A stretch of 64,000 nucleotides of DNA, from positions 456,788-520,787 of the forward strand of contig CP064989.1 of NCBI GenBank assembly GCA_016699875.1. The letters run 5' to 3'. This document shows positions 27,915 to 38,396 of this stretch, piece by piece. The notes beneath the pieces are model-generated. The model was not told the origin of the DNA and did no database searches. It saw nothing but the letters and a program-made list of their open reading frames with translations. The stretch's first letter is position 1, and every line of letters starts with the position of its first letter. The DNA comes from Candidatus Moraniibacteriota bacterium (GTDB lineage: Bacteria; Patescibacteriota; Minisyncoccia; Moranbacterales; UBA1568). Made by a program: the position numbers and the translations under genes.

Positions 27915-29036
27915 TCACTTCTCCCACGTGTATATAACATCACCGCCGACACCGCCCTTTGATTTTAGAGGCCCTTTCTTTTGCCCCTGAGTCAAGGTTC
28001 CTTGCAACTCGAGAGCGCCATTCTCTCCAACATCCTTTTTATAGAGAGGAATATCAACCGTATTGCCCACCGGTTCATCGATCACCCCTCCTGATGCCTC
28101 GAACGAACGGCGGGAAGATCCTCGCTTCTCCCCAAAGGTAATAGCAGCTTGAACAGCAGCGCCCTTCACAGCGTCAACAGCCAAATCAGCCATCGATCTC
28201 TGCTGATCCCGAAATCGTTCATCAACCGTAACCCCATAGAGCACTTCATCATGCTCTTCTTGCTGAGTCTTCTCTCTTTCCTTCGGGATTTTTGCACCAA
28301 CGAACTCTACATCCGAAGAAGTATTGATCTTTCCATCATCCGCGTTTTCTTTGTCGACAATACCGCCAGGACTCGAAGATTCATCCCCGTTTTCCGTCAG
28401 TTGTTCTTCTAACGCTGCCGTTTCTTCTTTTAATCTCTTTGTCAATTGTTCTGCCGAACTTCCCGAAGCATCAGCAACCTGAAGTCCAATTCGATTCGCA
28501 TCCTTCCTTATCCCAGGCGTCATCTTCCCTATTGCTTCCACCAAAACGGAATTGACAGGAACGCCTCCGGCAATCCTCTTCGTTGCTTTCTGTGCCACTC
28601 CTCCTGTATCCACCCCCATTTCAAGCGCCTTTACTGTCCCTGGCATTCCCACACCACCAGCAGCAAGAGCAACTCCCAAAATTTTCGCAACCATCTGCTT
28701 GTGATCCTCTTTAACACTGTCCATTGCCACAGAGATACCTCGGAGATTCCTCGATTCCCGCCTCAGCACTTCCTCTACAGCTTCGGGAGGGACGCCAATT
28801 CCTTGCGCTTTCTCCAAAAAATGAGATTCCAAACCATCCCCTTCTCCAGTAACCCGCGCAACATCCTCTTCAGATTCTTGCGCCGCACTACGAAGCTCCC
28901 GAATCCGCTCTGCCTCAGTTGACGCCCCTCCTTCAATTCCCTCCCTTTCAGTATCTTCAATGTGCCTCGACTCTACTTTTACTTCCCCCTCTTTTCCTCC
29001 AAGAAGACCTGCGCCGAAGGACTCTCGTTTACTCAT
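27915..29036 (-). CDS. Hypothetical acidic, low-complexity protein of unknown function
   Basis: ORF track. E/G/A-rich, no TM, no recognised motif. First gene (transcription order: last) of a tight 4-gene minus-strand cluster. Confidence 0.5.
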   Translation of the reverse strand: MSKRESFGAGLLGGKEGEVKVESRHIEDTEREGIEGGASTEAERIRELRSAAQESEEDVARVTGEGDGLESHFLEKAQGIGVPPEAVEEVLRRESRNLRGISVAMDSVKEDHKQMVAKILGVALAAGGVGMPGTVKALEMGVDTGGVAQKATKRIAGGVPVNSVLVEAIGKMTPGIRKDANRIGLQVADASGSSAEQLTKRLKEETAALEEQLTENGDESSSPGGIVDKENADDGKINTSSDVEFVGAKIPKEREKTQQEEHDEVLYGVTVDERFRDQQRSMADLAVDAVKGAAVQAAITFGEKRGSSRRSFEASGGVIDEPVGNTVDIPLYKKDVGENGALELQGTLTQGQKKGPLKSKGGVGGDVIYTWEK

Positions 29037-29045
29037 AGCGTTTTC

Positions 29046-29246
29046 TTATTTTTCAGTCTTTCCTCCTGCGATTTTCCTCTCAAGATCCCGTATCTTCGCC
29101 ACTTCAAGGTCATGAAAAAGACGGTCATAAACCACTCGTTTCTTTGCATTCAGCCGTTTAAGCTCTGCGATCGCGCATTCTGTAGCCTCCCGTATCGCAT
29201 GTAACGCTTCATCATGAGTCATACGCGAGTAATATTCATCGCACAT
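29046..29246 (-). CDS. Small helical hypothetical protein (66 aa)
   Basis: ORF track. 10-nt spacing to the downstream gene. Charged helical sequence. Confidence 0.35.
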   Translation of the reverse strand: MCDEYYSRMTHDEALHAIREATECAIAELKRLNAKKRVVYDRLFHDLEVAKIRDLERKIAGGKTEK

Positions 29247-29357
29247 AGAATTTCCTCGCCGGAGTCTCCGAGGGGACTCTGACAGAGGAAAATGCTCGTC
29301 TCCAGTTCAGCAGAAACAACCGAAGGGTCGCGTTTTGCTTTTATTTTGTTTTTCAGC

Positions 29358-29801
29358 TTATTGAACAGGTGTTGGCTGAATTTCTTCAGCTGGCGTGTTA
29401 TGAACGTATTTTTTGCTGAATAGGTAGAAAGCAATAACGATGCCAACAAATAGAATAAAATCTACAGCCATTTCCAATGAAATACCTTTATCCATTTTAT
29501 TGATCCTGAAAAGCCCACCCAAAACAGCCGCGTAAATAGTGGCTAATTTTATAACCTTGTTACTGTCGTTTACAATGTAAGTTTTTGCAAGATATTTTGC
29601 AGAATATCTAACGCCGAGCCAGATACCAAGAAACCAGAGCGCAGAATTCGCGATAACTACCAATAGAGCATCGTCTTTTCCAATAAGCAAAAACGTTGGG
29701 ATGCCGAGAACAAGTGCTACCAAGAATGGCATAGCTAAACCCGACGTCAAATAATGGGTTGCTGCAATGTTCCAATTTGCAGACTGCTTTTTCTCTTTCA
29801 T
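29358..29801 (-). CDS. Hypothetical 4-TM membrane protein (AT-rich gene)
   Basis: ORF track. Four hydrophobic helices. Local GC visibly lower than the window average. Confidence 0.5.
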   Translation of the reverse strand: MKEKKQSANWNIAATHYLTSGLAMPFLVALVLGIPTFLLIGKDDALLVVIANSALWFLGIWLGVRYSAKYLAKTYIVNDSNKVIKLATIYAAVLGGLFRINKMDKGISLEMAVDFILFVGIVIAFYLFSKKYVHNTPAEEIQPTPVQ

Positions 29802-29826
29802 TTGGTTTATGATTATTTATCCTAGA

Positions 29827-30903
29827 TCACGCTGACTGATACTTTTTAGTCTTTTGCAATAGGAAATCTCTCAAAATTTCAGCATTTTCTTTTTTGAGCC
29901 CCGTAACTGTTATAGAGCCATCACCCGTACTCTCAGCGGCTGTTTCCATAGTAACCTCATAAAGCCCTAAAAATCTTTCCACTATTGATTGTGAGATGTC
30001 TATGTTTTGAACTCTATTAAAGTAAACGTGGGTAGTTCTGGCTGATAGAACTTTTTCTGTTATTATGCCTCCTTGGCTATCAAATTTGAAATAGTAGTTC
30101 TTATACCAAATCAATTCCATAACATAGCTAACAATAAGCGTTAGGATAGGAATTACAACAATTCCATATCCAAATACCGAAAGCGGAAGTTTGAGAGCAT
30201 CACTCACAGCGTTTCCAATATAACCAAGTCCGATTATAAGAACTACTGAGTAAAAAATTGTTCTTACAACAACATCAGCAAAAATGATCTTCTTTTCAAT
30301 TGGCATATTCTCTCGCGTGAGCACTCTTTGATCATTTTCATTTATCGTTGCACCTTCCACTTCTTTTTCTACTGCAATGCTTGTTGTTTGAGGATTTTGG
30401 TAGCCTTTGTTTTGAACTCTTTCATTCAAAAATTTCACCAATTTATCAGCATTTTCTTTTTCCAACCCATCCACGTGTGAATAAAAATCAGAGCTTTCAC
30501 CAGCAGTTTCATAGTGCACATCGTAAAGACCGAAAACTCTATCAAGAAAATCTTGATCAACAAAGATATTTTGGATTTTACCATATCTTACATGTCCAGT
30601 AGCATTTGAAATAACACCTTTCTTGATCTCAGCCCCGTCCATTTCAAAATTGTAGTAGTAATACTTGTAGTATAAATACTGCCAACCGAGTGCAATGAGC
30701 AAGATAATAAGGGATGGAACAAAAAGAACCAAAAAAGCAATCAGAGCAGCTTTGTTTCCAATATGAAAATCTAAACTACTCCCCATAAAGGAAACTATCG
30801 GGAATAAAACCAAAAGCAAGATCATTGGCAATATTCCAACTGAATTTATTGTCTTTTTGATTATCTTCTTTTTGCTCAGGGGAAGATTTTGAGAGTTATA
30901 CAT
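29827..30903 (-). CDS. Membrane protein with two tandem bacterial PH (bPH_2/YdbT-like) repeats (AT-rich gene)
   Basis: Two repeats of TM-hairpin plus ...GxVxYxxIQNI.V.Q.FLDR.FGLYDV..ETAGES... (VRYGKIQNIFVDQDFLDRVFGLYDVHYETAGES and VYFNRVQNIDISQSIVERFLGLYEVTMETAAES). Start refined to 30903. Confidence 0.6.
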   Translation of the reverse strand: MYNSQNLPLSKKKIIKKTINSVGILPMILLLVLFPIVSFMGSSLDFHIGNKAALIAFLVLFVPSLIILLIALGWQYLYYKYYYYNFEMDGAEIKKGVISNATGHVRYGKIQNIFVDQDFLDRVFGLYDVHYETAGESSDFYSHVDGLEKENADKLVKFLNERVQNKGYQNPQTTSIAVEKEVEGATINENDQRVLTRENMPIEKKIIFADVVVRTIFYSVVLIIGLGYIGNAVSDALKLPLSVFGYGIVVIPILTLIVSYVMELIWYKNYYFKFDSQGGIITEKVLSARTTHVYFNRVQNIDISQSIVERFLGLYEVTMETAAESTGDGSITVTGLKKENAEILRDFLLQKTKKYQSA

Positions 30904-31072
30904 ATATGTATTATACCAACTGATTCCTTCGGAGAAGGAAAAATTATGGCAAAGAAAAGGAAGGGAAGGGAAGGGACCAGTTCCCAATAAAAATAGATAA
31001 TTTTTTAAAATGCCTCTTCATAAGTCTCCTTAAGGGGTAAGTTACCCTCCCTCACCAGAGTCTCCGAAGAAT

Positions 31073-31603
31073 TCACGATCCCAATATCACGACGATTGGC
31101 GCGCTTCCCGCGTCTTTGTTCTGCGCGTCTTTTGCCGGAGAAGCGGTGACACCTTTGTAGCTGTCGAGAAGCACGAGCTGAAGCGCCTTCGCTTCGTCTT
31201 CCATATCTTCCGAATAGTAGACGACAATGCCAACATTCGACCCATTCGTATTCCCCGCCTTTGCTTTTTTGTATCCTTTTGACTGGAGATAGGTCGTCAC
31301 TTTCCCCGCGCTTCCGCCCGCCGCACCGCCATTCAGAACCGACACTGCAATTGTTTCCGGGTCATCCGGACGAGAAGGCGAGTCCTCCGATCCTGCCGCA
31401 TCACCAGACACATCGGTTCCATCGCTCATCGAAGGATCCCCTGCCGAAGCACTGTCATCTTCTGGCAGATCCGCCGACGAAAACTCAGCAATAGACGGAC
31501 GAACATCCGCTGCCTCTTTTACCTGCTCGCGATATCGAAGCCCGAGAACGATCCCGCCTCCGATAATTGCAAACACCAACAATGCCATGAAAACCTCCTT
31601 CAT
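31073..31603 (-). CDS. LytR_C domain protein (N-terminal TM anchor, disordered acidic linker, LytR C-terminal domain)
   Basis: IAVSVLNGGAAGGSAGKVTTYLQSKGY...NVGIVVYYSEDMEDEAKALQ matches the LytR_C pattern. Confidence 0.6.
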   Translation of the reverse strand: MKEVFMALLVFAIIGGGIVLGLRYREQVKEAADVRPSIAEFSSADLPEDDSASAGDPSMSDGTDVSGDAAGSEDSPSRPDDPETIAVSVLNGGAAGGSAGKVTTYLQSKGYKKAKAGNTNGSNVGIVVYYSEDMEDEAKALQLVLLDSYKGVTASPAKDAQNKDAGSAPIVVILGS

Positions 31604-31629
31604 GTTTTCATTGTATCACAAACTTTTGA

Positions 31630-31700
31630 GCGAGTGACGGGAATCGGACCCGTGCCCCAACCTTGGGAAGGTTATGTACTGCCACTATACTACACTCGCA
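31630..31700 (-). tRNA. tRNA-Gly (anticodon CCC), no encoded CCA
   Basis: Hand-folded cloverleaf: acceptor GCGAGUG/CACUCGC, D-stem GUAU/GUAC, anticodon stem UAACC/GGUUG with loop UUCCCAA, T-arm ACGGG-UCCGAUU-CCCGU, discriminator U. 71 nt. Confidence 0.85.
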
Positions 31701-31948
31701 TACAAACAAACCAAAATACTATCGTCGCCAATCTATCACAAACGCGATGATAAATCAAAAAGACGCACGGAAAAAATCGCTTTTGACTACGCATAACAAG
31801 AGGACGCTGAAACGATACGACAATGAAACAATGAAGCCACGCAACAATGGTAATCATGCAACCGTACAACAACTAGCACCTTCCACCTTCATCGTTCCCA
31901 TGCTACTATTCCTCATGCCCTCGTCGGTTTTTTCTTTCGCAATACCAT

Positions 31949-33403
31949 ATGAATCTCCCTTCACTCACACCTCCCGCGTGGCTTACCAAAAAACGCATTC
32001 TTAGCGCACTCATTACAATCACACTCATCGGAGGGGGATTTTTTGTTTTCTCCTACAGCACATCGCACAAGACAGAGATAGCACTCCATACGCTCGACGT
32101 TTTTGAAAAAGTCTCCAAACTTCTTCCCCTCGAACCCGATACCAAGAAAGAAGTCTCCGTTGCCAATACACTCATCCAGACATTCACCGCACACGACGAC
32201 AAGACATACACTTTCTTCATACTGCTCCAGAACAACTACGAGCTCCGCCCGGGCGGTGGCTTTTTGGGACAATACGCTATTGTCAAAATAAAAAACGGCG
32301 AGCTCGTTTCCACTTTTGTTGAAGATGCAAACCTCCTCGATCAGCGTATTAAAAATGCCGGGATTACCATCACTCCGCCCTGGCCACTCACTCGCTACAT
32401 GCAAATTCGCAAGTGGATGCTCCGCGATTCGAATTTCTCTCCCGACTTCCCCACCAACGCACAAAAGGCGGAATATTTCTACCGCTTGGGCGGCGGCCGG
32501 GAGAAGTTCGACGCCGTCATCGCAGTCGACGCCGTCGTTTTCGATCATGTGCTCGAACTTACCGGACCTATCTCAATTCCCGGATACCCTGGAACATATT
32601 CATCGGACGGCGGCGCACTTCAACTCGAAGAAGCGGTTGAAAAAAACTATCTCGGCGACGACGTCTCGGCAACTGCCAAAGAAAACCGCAAAACTATCAT
32701 GAAAAAGCTCGCCGCCGAAATCATGAGCCGCCTCGCGACGGTCAACAATATTCCAAAAATCGCCACTCTCATCCAAGAAGAACTTCGCAACAAAGACATC
32801 ATGCTCTTCTTTCATGATGAAACCTTGCAATCGCTTATTGCAAGCGTCTACTGGGACGGATCGGTCACCAAAGACTGGGGCAGTGATTCGCTCATGGTCG
32901 TCGATGCCAACTTGGGCGCACTTAAAAGCGATGCTTACATAAAACGCTCTCTCGAATACACCGTCGACTTCACCTCGGGCGAACACCCCAAAGCGACACT
33001 CCTCTACACCTACGCGCACACAGCAACTCACGGCGACTGGCGCACGAGCGACTATCACACCTATACGCGCGTCTACGCGCCCCTTGGTTCTACCTATATC
33101 GAGAACAGCCGTGTCAAAACCGGCGGTGTCGGCACTCAAGATGATGCAGCCTTCAAGAAAACCGTTTTCGGCTACAAAGTAGACGCTCTCATCGGACAAA
33201 CACTCCCCACCGGCATTTCCTATGAGTTGCCCGCAACGATCACCGAAGACAACTACCGACTTCTCATTCAAAAGCAATCCGGCATCGGCACCATTCCCGT
33301 CACAGTCAACCTGAAAACATCCAAAGGCGATTTTACCGCCCACTACGACCTCAAAAAAGACCTCATTCTTGAAATACAGGAGATCGAGGAGAAAAAACAA
33401 TAG
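31949..33403 (+). CDS. DUF4012-like secreted/anchored protein (cell-envelope associated)
   Basis: N-terminal signal-anchor. Conserved NNYELRPGGGFLGQYA motif typical of DUF4012. Confidence 0.55.
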   Translation: MNLPSLTPPAWLTKKRILSALITITLIGGGFFVFSYSTSHKTEIALHTLDVFEKVSKLLPLEPDTKKEVSVANTLIQTFTAHDDKTYTFFILLQNNYELRPGGGFLGQYAIVKIKNGELVSTFVEDANLLDQRIKNAGITITPPWPLTRYMQIRKWMLRDSNFSPDFPTNAQKAEYFYRLGGGREKFDAVIAVDAVVFDHVLELTGPISIPGYPGTYSSDGGALQLEEAVEKNYLGDDVSATAKENRKTIMKKLAAEIMSRLATVNNIPKIATLIQEELRNKDIMLFFHDETLQSLIASVYWDGSVTKDWGSDSLMVVDANLGALKSDAYIKRSLEYTVDFTSGEHPKATLLYTYAHTATHGDWRTSDYHTYTRVYAPLGSTYIENSRVKTGGVGTQDDAAFKKTVFGYKVDALIGQTLPTGISYELPATITEDNYRLLIQKQSGIGTIPVTVNLKTSKGDFTAHYDLKKDLILEIQEIEEKKQ

Positions 33404-33427
33404 ATCAAGCGGACCACGCAAACAAAA

Positions 33428-33457
33428 AGCCCTCACATCAAGTGGGACTTTTTTTTC
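33428..33457 (+). terminator. Intrinsic terminator after the DUF4012 gene
   Basis: Imperfect hairpin CCCTCAC...GTGGG followed by T8. Confidence 0.5.
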
Positions 33458-33507
33458 ATCAAAATGTGTGCAAGAATACGCCATATAATCCCCTTTCCGA
33501 GACCGGT

Positions 33508-35253
33508 ATGAGCCAATCCCCCATCGATGCCATTCGCCATTCACTCGCCCATCTCCTCGCCATGAGCGTTCTCGAACTCGACCCGGATGCAAAGCTCGGC
33601 ACCGGACCCGCAACCGAAACCGGATTCTTCTACGACTTCGCATTTTCACAAGGAAGAACCGTTTCAGAAAATGACTTCAAAGCGCTCGAGAAAACCATGC
33701 GCAAATTTATCAATCGAAAGCTTGACTTCACGCGCGAAGAAATTTCCGAAAGTGAAGCTAGGAAACTTCTCAAAAACCAACCGCACAAGCTCGAACTTAT
33801 CGATGAAATAGTCGCTCGAAACGAAACAATCTCCGTATACAAGACAGCAGACTTTGTCGATCTTTGCGAGGGTCCGCACATCAAGAACACCGGTGAAATT
33901 CCAGCCGATGCTTTTGCGCTCACCCGCATCGCCGGCGCCTACTGGAAAAGTGACGAATCACGAGAGCAGCTCACTCGCATCACTGGCATCGCTTTTGAGA
34001 GCAAAGCCGCACTCGAAAAATACCAGTGGCAACAAGAAGAAGCCAAGAAACGTGATCACCGAAAGCTCGGCAAGGAACTCAAACTCTTTACTATCTCCGA
34101 TCTTGTCGGCTCAGGACTTCCGCTTCTTCAGCCGCATGGCATGATTATCCGCCAAGAGATCGAAAATTATCTCTGGAACCTCCATAAGAATAAAGGGTAT
34201 TCTCGTGTCTGGACGCCGCACATCGCCAAAGAAACCCTGTATCAAACCTCGGGACACGCGGAAAAATTCGGTGATGAACTCTTCCGCGTTCAGGGGAAAG
34301 AAGAAAAGTTTTTCCTGAAGCCCATGAACTGCCCGCACCATATGCAAATATTCGCGGACAATGACTGGAGTTATCGCGACATGCCCGTTCGCTACTTTGA
34401 ACCGGCGACTGTCTATCGCGACGAAAAATCGGGTCAGCTTGCCGGTCTCACTCGCGTCCGATCCATCACACAAGACGACGGGCATCTCTTCTGCCGCGCA
34501 TCGCACATAGGAGAAGAAGTTTCCGTCATTGTTTCCATCATCAAAGAATTCTACACCACCTTCAACATGATAGACGGTTATTGGGTTCGACTTTCCGTCC
34601 GCGGGAAAGATGGAAAATACCTCGGCTCCGACGAAATATGGAATACCGCCGAGAACGCTCTCGAAGCTTCTGCGAAAGAAAATTATCTCCCGTATGAGCG
34701 CATCGAAGGCGAAGCCGCATTCTACGGACCCAAGCTCGACTTTATGTTCAAGGATGCTCTCGATCGAGAGTGGCAACTCGCCACCATTCAATGTGACTTC
34801 AATCTCCCGGAACGCTTCAACCTCTCGTTCGCAAACGAAAAAGGCGAAAAGGAACGCCCAGTCGTCATCCATCGCGCTATTTCCGGATCGCTCGAGCGCT
34901 TTATGGGAATCATGATTGAACACTGCGCCGGGTCATTTCCGTTTTGGCTTTCGCCTGTTCAAATCGCCATACTCCCCATCGGCGAAGCGCACCGATCATA
35001 TGCGGAAAAACTCGTCAACACGCTTCGCAACGAAAACTTTCGCGTCGAAATACACGCCGACGAAAGTCTCGGCAAACGCATCCGTGAGACAAAAATAAAG
35101 AAAGTCCCCTACACGCTCGTTATCGGAGACCAAGAAGTCGAATCCGACACCGCTACCGTTGAATCACGAGACATCGGAAAACTCGGCACAGTCCCGCTCA
35201 AAGAAATTCTCGCCCGCCTAACAGAAGAGCGAGAGAGAATGAAAGGGAACTGA
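33508..35253 (+). CDS. thrS: Threonyl-tRNA synthetase (lacks N-terminal TGS domain; retains editing-domain HxxxH, class II core and anticodon-binding domain)
   Basis: IRHSLAHLLAMSV (editing domain), class-II motifs (...FRVQGKEEKFFLKPMNCPHH..., ...GRVRSITQDDGHLF..., ...HRAISGSLERFMGIMIEH...). Start MSQSPIDAI at 33508, preceded by TATAAT at ~33486. Confidence 0.9.
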   Translation: MSQSPIDAIRHSLAHLLAMSVLELDPDAKLGTGPATETGFFYDFAFSQGRTVSENDFKALEKTMRKFINRKLDFTREEISESEARKLLKNQPHKLELIDEIVARNETISVYKTADFVDLCEGPHIKNTGEIPADAFALTRIAGAYWKSDESREQLTRITGIAFESKAALEKYQWQQEEAKKRDHRKLGKELKLFTISDLVGSGLPLLQPHGMIIRQEIENYLWNLHKNKGYSRVWTPHIAKETLYQTSGHAEKFGDELFRVQGKEEKFFLKPMNCPHHMQIFADNDWSYRDMPVRYFEPATVYRDEKSGQLAGLTRVRSITQDDGHLFCRASHIGEEVSVIVSIIKEFYTTFNMIDGYWVRLSVRGKDGKYLGSDEIWNTAENALEASAKENYLPYERIEGEAAFYGPKLDFMFKDALDREWQLATIQCDFNLPERFNLSFANEKGEKERPVVIHRAISGSLERFMGIMIEHCAGSFPFWLSPVQIAILPIGEAHRSYAEKLVNTLRNENFRVEIHADESLGKRIRETKIKKVPYTLVIGDQEVESDTATVESRDIGKLGTVPLKEILARLTEERERMKGN

Positions 35254-35309
35254 CATCAAAAACCGCCGGCGCACTTGCCGGGGTTTTTATTTCCGAAAAC
35301 TTTGACCAA

Positions 35310-36236
35310 CTATGCCGGATTCGACAATATCTCTCTCCGCGACTTCCAAAAGAAATACCCTACGACGATAAATGTGATGCACGGAGCAGCAAACGGCGGG
35401 ACATGCATACCGAAGGCTTCAAGCAGCATAATCGTTCCCAGTGACAGAACCGAATACATAGCTCCATTCTTGAGATAGGCATAGCGTTTGATGCGCTCGA
35501 TATTCCCCATGGTAAATTGCCGAACCGCAAGCGCTCCCAAACTGTTCCCGATAAGAATGAGCGGTACCGAAAAAGTGAAGGCGAACGCACCGAGAACGCC
35601 GTCGATCGAGAAGGTCATATCGATCGCCTCGAGATAGAGAAGTTTACTGAGATCCGAAAGCCCGCCAGACGCATTGATCATTCGCTGTTCACTTTGCTCG
35701 GCCTGTTGCTTGAATCCATGCGTGATAAAGAAGACTGTTGATCCGACAACCGCTCCAAATGCTACGATCGGGTCCTGCTTCAATGCAAACCACACAATCG
35801 CCGTCAAAAGCACCGACACCGTGGCATAGAACCACACACCCTGCGAGTAGAAAAACTTCTCACCGATAAGTCCGAACGACTTCTCTTCCATGAAAAGCCA
35901 ATGAAAAAACAAAAACACGAGAAAAACCCCGCCACCCATAAGAAGTATCGGCGCAGCTGTTTCGATTGCCGTTTGAACCATTTCATCGCCGGAAAACGTC
36001 GAGAGAAATGCATCCACCGGTCCAAGCCCCGGTGCCGCCGCCCAGATAATCGCCCACGGCAAGAGCCCGCGTACCACAAAGACCGCAAAGAACAATCCCC
36101 ACGTCAGAAACCACCGTTTCGATTTTTCTCCCATCGTCCCCAAGACTTGTGCATTGATGATGGCATTGTCGATACTCGATACCACCTCAAACAAAAACAG
36201 TCCGAGAACAATGAGAATAAGTGAAGTAATATCCAT
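35310..36236 (-). CDS. TerC-family integral membrane protein
   Basis: N-terminal SIDNAIINA motif and multi-TM topology typical of the TerC/Alx family. Confidence 0.75.
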   Translation of the reverse strand: MDITSLILIVLGLFLFEVVSSIDNAIINAQVLGTMGEKSKRWFLTWGLFFAVFVVRGLLPWAIIWAAAPGLGPVDAFLSTFSGDEMVQTAIETAAPILLMGGGVFLVFLFFHWLFMEEKSFGLIGEKFFYSQGVWFYATVSVLLTAIVWFALKQDPIVAFGAVVGSTVFFITHGFKQQAEQSEQRMINASGGLSDLSKLLYLEAIDMTFSIDGVLGAFAFTFSVPLILIGNSLGALAVRQFTMGNIERIKRYAYLKNGAMYSVLSLGTIMLLEAFGMHVPPFAAPCITFIVVGYFFWKSRREILSNPA

Positions 36237-36272
36237 ACGCGTATTATATCAGACTCAACCAAAAAACCATGC

Positions 36273-38276
36273 TTATTTCTTCTTTTTCTTTTTCGATTTT
36301 TTTATATCAGTCTTTTTCATATCAATCGACGTATCATCTGATATATTTTTCCCGAATCGTTCCGCAAGCGCATGAATATCTGTCGGAATCGGATCATAGG
36401 AAGCAAATGATTCTGCTGGCAATCGATCCATCACTCGATCGAGAAAATCACGCCATATGGGCGCCGCCGCAAAAACACCGTCTGCGCCGTATCGAAGCGG
36501 CGAATTATCATTATTCCCCGCCCACACCGCGACTGCGATCGACGGCGTATATCCAACCGTCCAGGCATCATGAAAATCCTGCGTCGTCCCCGTCTTTGCC
36601 GCAACCGTTCCTTTCGGGAAAGCAAGTGGACTATTCGCACCGAATATGGGGGCACGAAGCGAATTATCCGAGAGGATCGTATTGATACGTCTCGCAATCT
36701 CCGTATTCAAGACGCGCTTCTCCTGCACAGGGAATTCATCATGAATGGATCCGCCCACATTTTCCACAGAGAGAACAAGCCGATACTCACGGTGAATGCC
36801 TTCCGATGCAAACGTGGCAAACGCACTCGCCATATCCAAAGGCAACACTTCTGCACCACCGAGAACCAACGCGAGTCCATAGAGTCTTCCATCATCGAGT
36901 GTTGAAATACCAAGGCGTTGCGCGAGATCGATCACATTCGACACACCCGCAACCGCAAGCGTCTGGACAGCGGGAATATTCAGTGATTGCGGAAGCGCCT
37001 CTTTCATTGAGAGTGCGCCACGGTACTTTCCATCGTAATCCTTTGGCGTATAGTCCCGTCCGGATCCATCCGGACCGAAATTCGTTGGCACATCATAGAC
37101 CAGCGTCTCTGGCTGGTATCCCTCCTCGAAGGCTTTCGCATACACAAACGGTTTAAATGCCGATCCCGGTTGTCGCGGCCGCATCGTGACATTCACTGCG
37201 CCATCAATAGTCGTGTCAAAATAATCTCGGCTCCCCACCATGGACAGCACATCCCCAGTTGCCACATCAACCGCCACCAAAGATGCATTTTCCGCATCGT
37301 ACTTCGCATTTCTCTGAACACCATCTTCAACAGATTGCTCCGCGGCATCCTGCAGAGAGAGATCGATCGTCGTCCGGATACGCAAGCCTCGCGTTTCGAG
37401 GAATTCTCGACCGTACTGTTTCTCAAGCGCATCGATCACTGCAAAAACAAAGTGCGGCGCTCGAATCGACGCCTCGATCGGACGGAGCTTTGCAAACGTA
37501 TTCGCATCAATCGCCAGCTGAGCATCATACGCGCTCACAAATCCGTCTGACTCCATATATCGCAGTATCGACTCCTGCCGATCACGAAGGTCATCTCGAT
37601 GCGATCCGTACGGCGAATAGTGTGTCGTCGCCCGCGGAAGCGCCGCAAGAAATGCCGCTTCGTCGAGCGTCAATTCTTTTGCATGTTTTCCGAAGAACGA
37701 CTCCGCCGCCCGCTCGATGCCATACGCATTCGAACCGTATGGAACCGTATTGAGATACAAATCGAGAATCTGATCCTTCGAAAACGTCCGCTCGATTTTG
37801 AGAGCGAGTATCGCCTCACGTATTTTTCGCACAACCGTTTTCTCTCGCGAGAGAAAAGCGATGCGAGCCAGCTGCTGCGTTATCGTTGAAGCGCCTTGCT
37901 CGATATGTCCCGCCTGAAAATTCGCACGAAGCGCACGAACGATAGAAATCGGATCGACACCGAAGTTTCTATAGAATGACCGATCTTCTGCCGCTACCGT
38001 TGCAAATCGGACCGCATCGGGAATATCATCATGCCCTACGACGGTCCGATTTTCTTCTCCATGCAATTCGTAGAGCGGAATCTCTCCGGTACGATCCAAA
38101 ATAACCGATGTTTCCGCAAGCGGACGCTCAAGCAATTGAGACACATCCGTCTCATCGGAAAAATATATCGCCGAGAGCCCAAGCATTCCTCCGATTCCGA
38201 CAAGAAACACGATATAGGTACCCTCCCAGATAATCGAGAAAAAAGCGGAAGAAAGCTTCCGTATCCAGACATTCAT
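36273..38276 (-). CDS. Class A penicillin-binding protein (GT51 transglycosylase plus transpeptidase), C-terminal poly-Lys tail
   Basis: GT51 motifs EDRSFYRNFGVD, GASTITQQLAR, RKIREAILA. Transpeptidase SAFKPFVY (SxxK), SLN, KTGT. C-terminal KKSKKKKKK. Confidence 0.9.
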   Translation of the reverse strand: MNVWIRKLSSAFFSIIWEGTYIVFLVGIGGMLGLSAIYFSDETDVSQLLERPLAETSVILDRTGEIPLYELHGEENRTVVGHDDIPDAVRFATVAAEDRSFYRNFGVDPISIVRALRANFQAGHIEQGASTITQQLARIAFLSREKTVVRKIREAILALKIERTFSKDQILDLYLNTVPYGSNAYGIERAAESFFGKHAKELTLDEAAFLAALPRATTHYSPYGSHRDDLRDRQESILRYMESDGFVSAYDAQLAIDANTFAKLRPIEASIRAPHFVFAVIDALEKQYGREFLETRGLRIRTTIDLSLQDAAEQSVEDGVQRNAKYDAENASLVAVDVATGDVLSMVGSRDYFDTTIDGAVNVTMRPRQPGSAFKPFVYAKAFEEGYQPETLVYDVPTNFGPDGSGRDYTPKDYDGKYRGALSMKEALPQSLNIPAVQTLAVAGVSNVIDLAQRLGISTLDDGRLYGLALVLGGAEVLPLDMASAFATFASEGIHREYRLVLSVENVGGSIHDEFPVQEKRVLNTEIARRINTILSDNSLRAPIFGANSPLAFPKGTVAAKTGTTQDFHDAWTVGYTPSIAVAVWAGNNDNSPLRYGADGVFAAAPIWRDFLDRVMDRLPAESFASYDPIPTDIHALAERFGKNISDDTSIDMKKTDIKKSKKKKKK

Positions 38277-38348
38277 AAGCAGACACTTCGGAGAAAACAG
38301 TCGTTTTGAATACTTCAGTATAGGCGATTCACGCTGTGAAGGGAAATA

Positions 38349-38377
38349 TTGACACGCGTATTTTTTTGAGGTATACT
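38349..38377 (+). promoter_or_regulatory. Near-consensus sigma70-type promoter (TTGACA-17-TATACT)
   Basis: TTGACA at 38349..38354, 17-nt spacer, TATACT at 38372..38377. Drives a short leader and sORF on the plus strand. Confidence 0.5.
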
Positions 38378-38396
38378 AGAGTTGTTGGAAGATAGA

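Noticed and set aside
33404-33507. T-box or other riboswitch leader upstream of thrS
   Set aside because: Only ~17 nt separate the TATAAT box from the start codon. There is no room for a T-box stem I, specifier or antiterminator.
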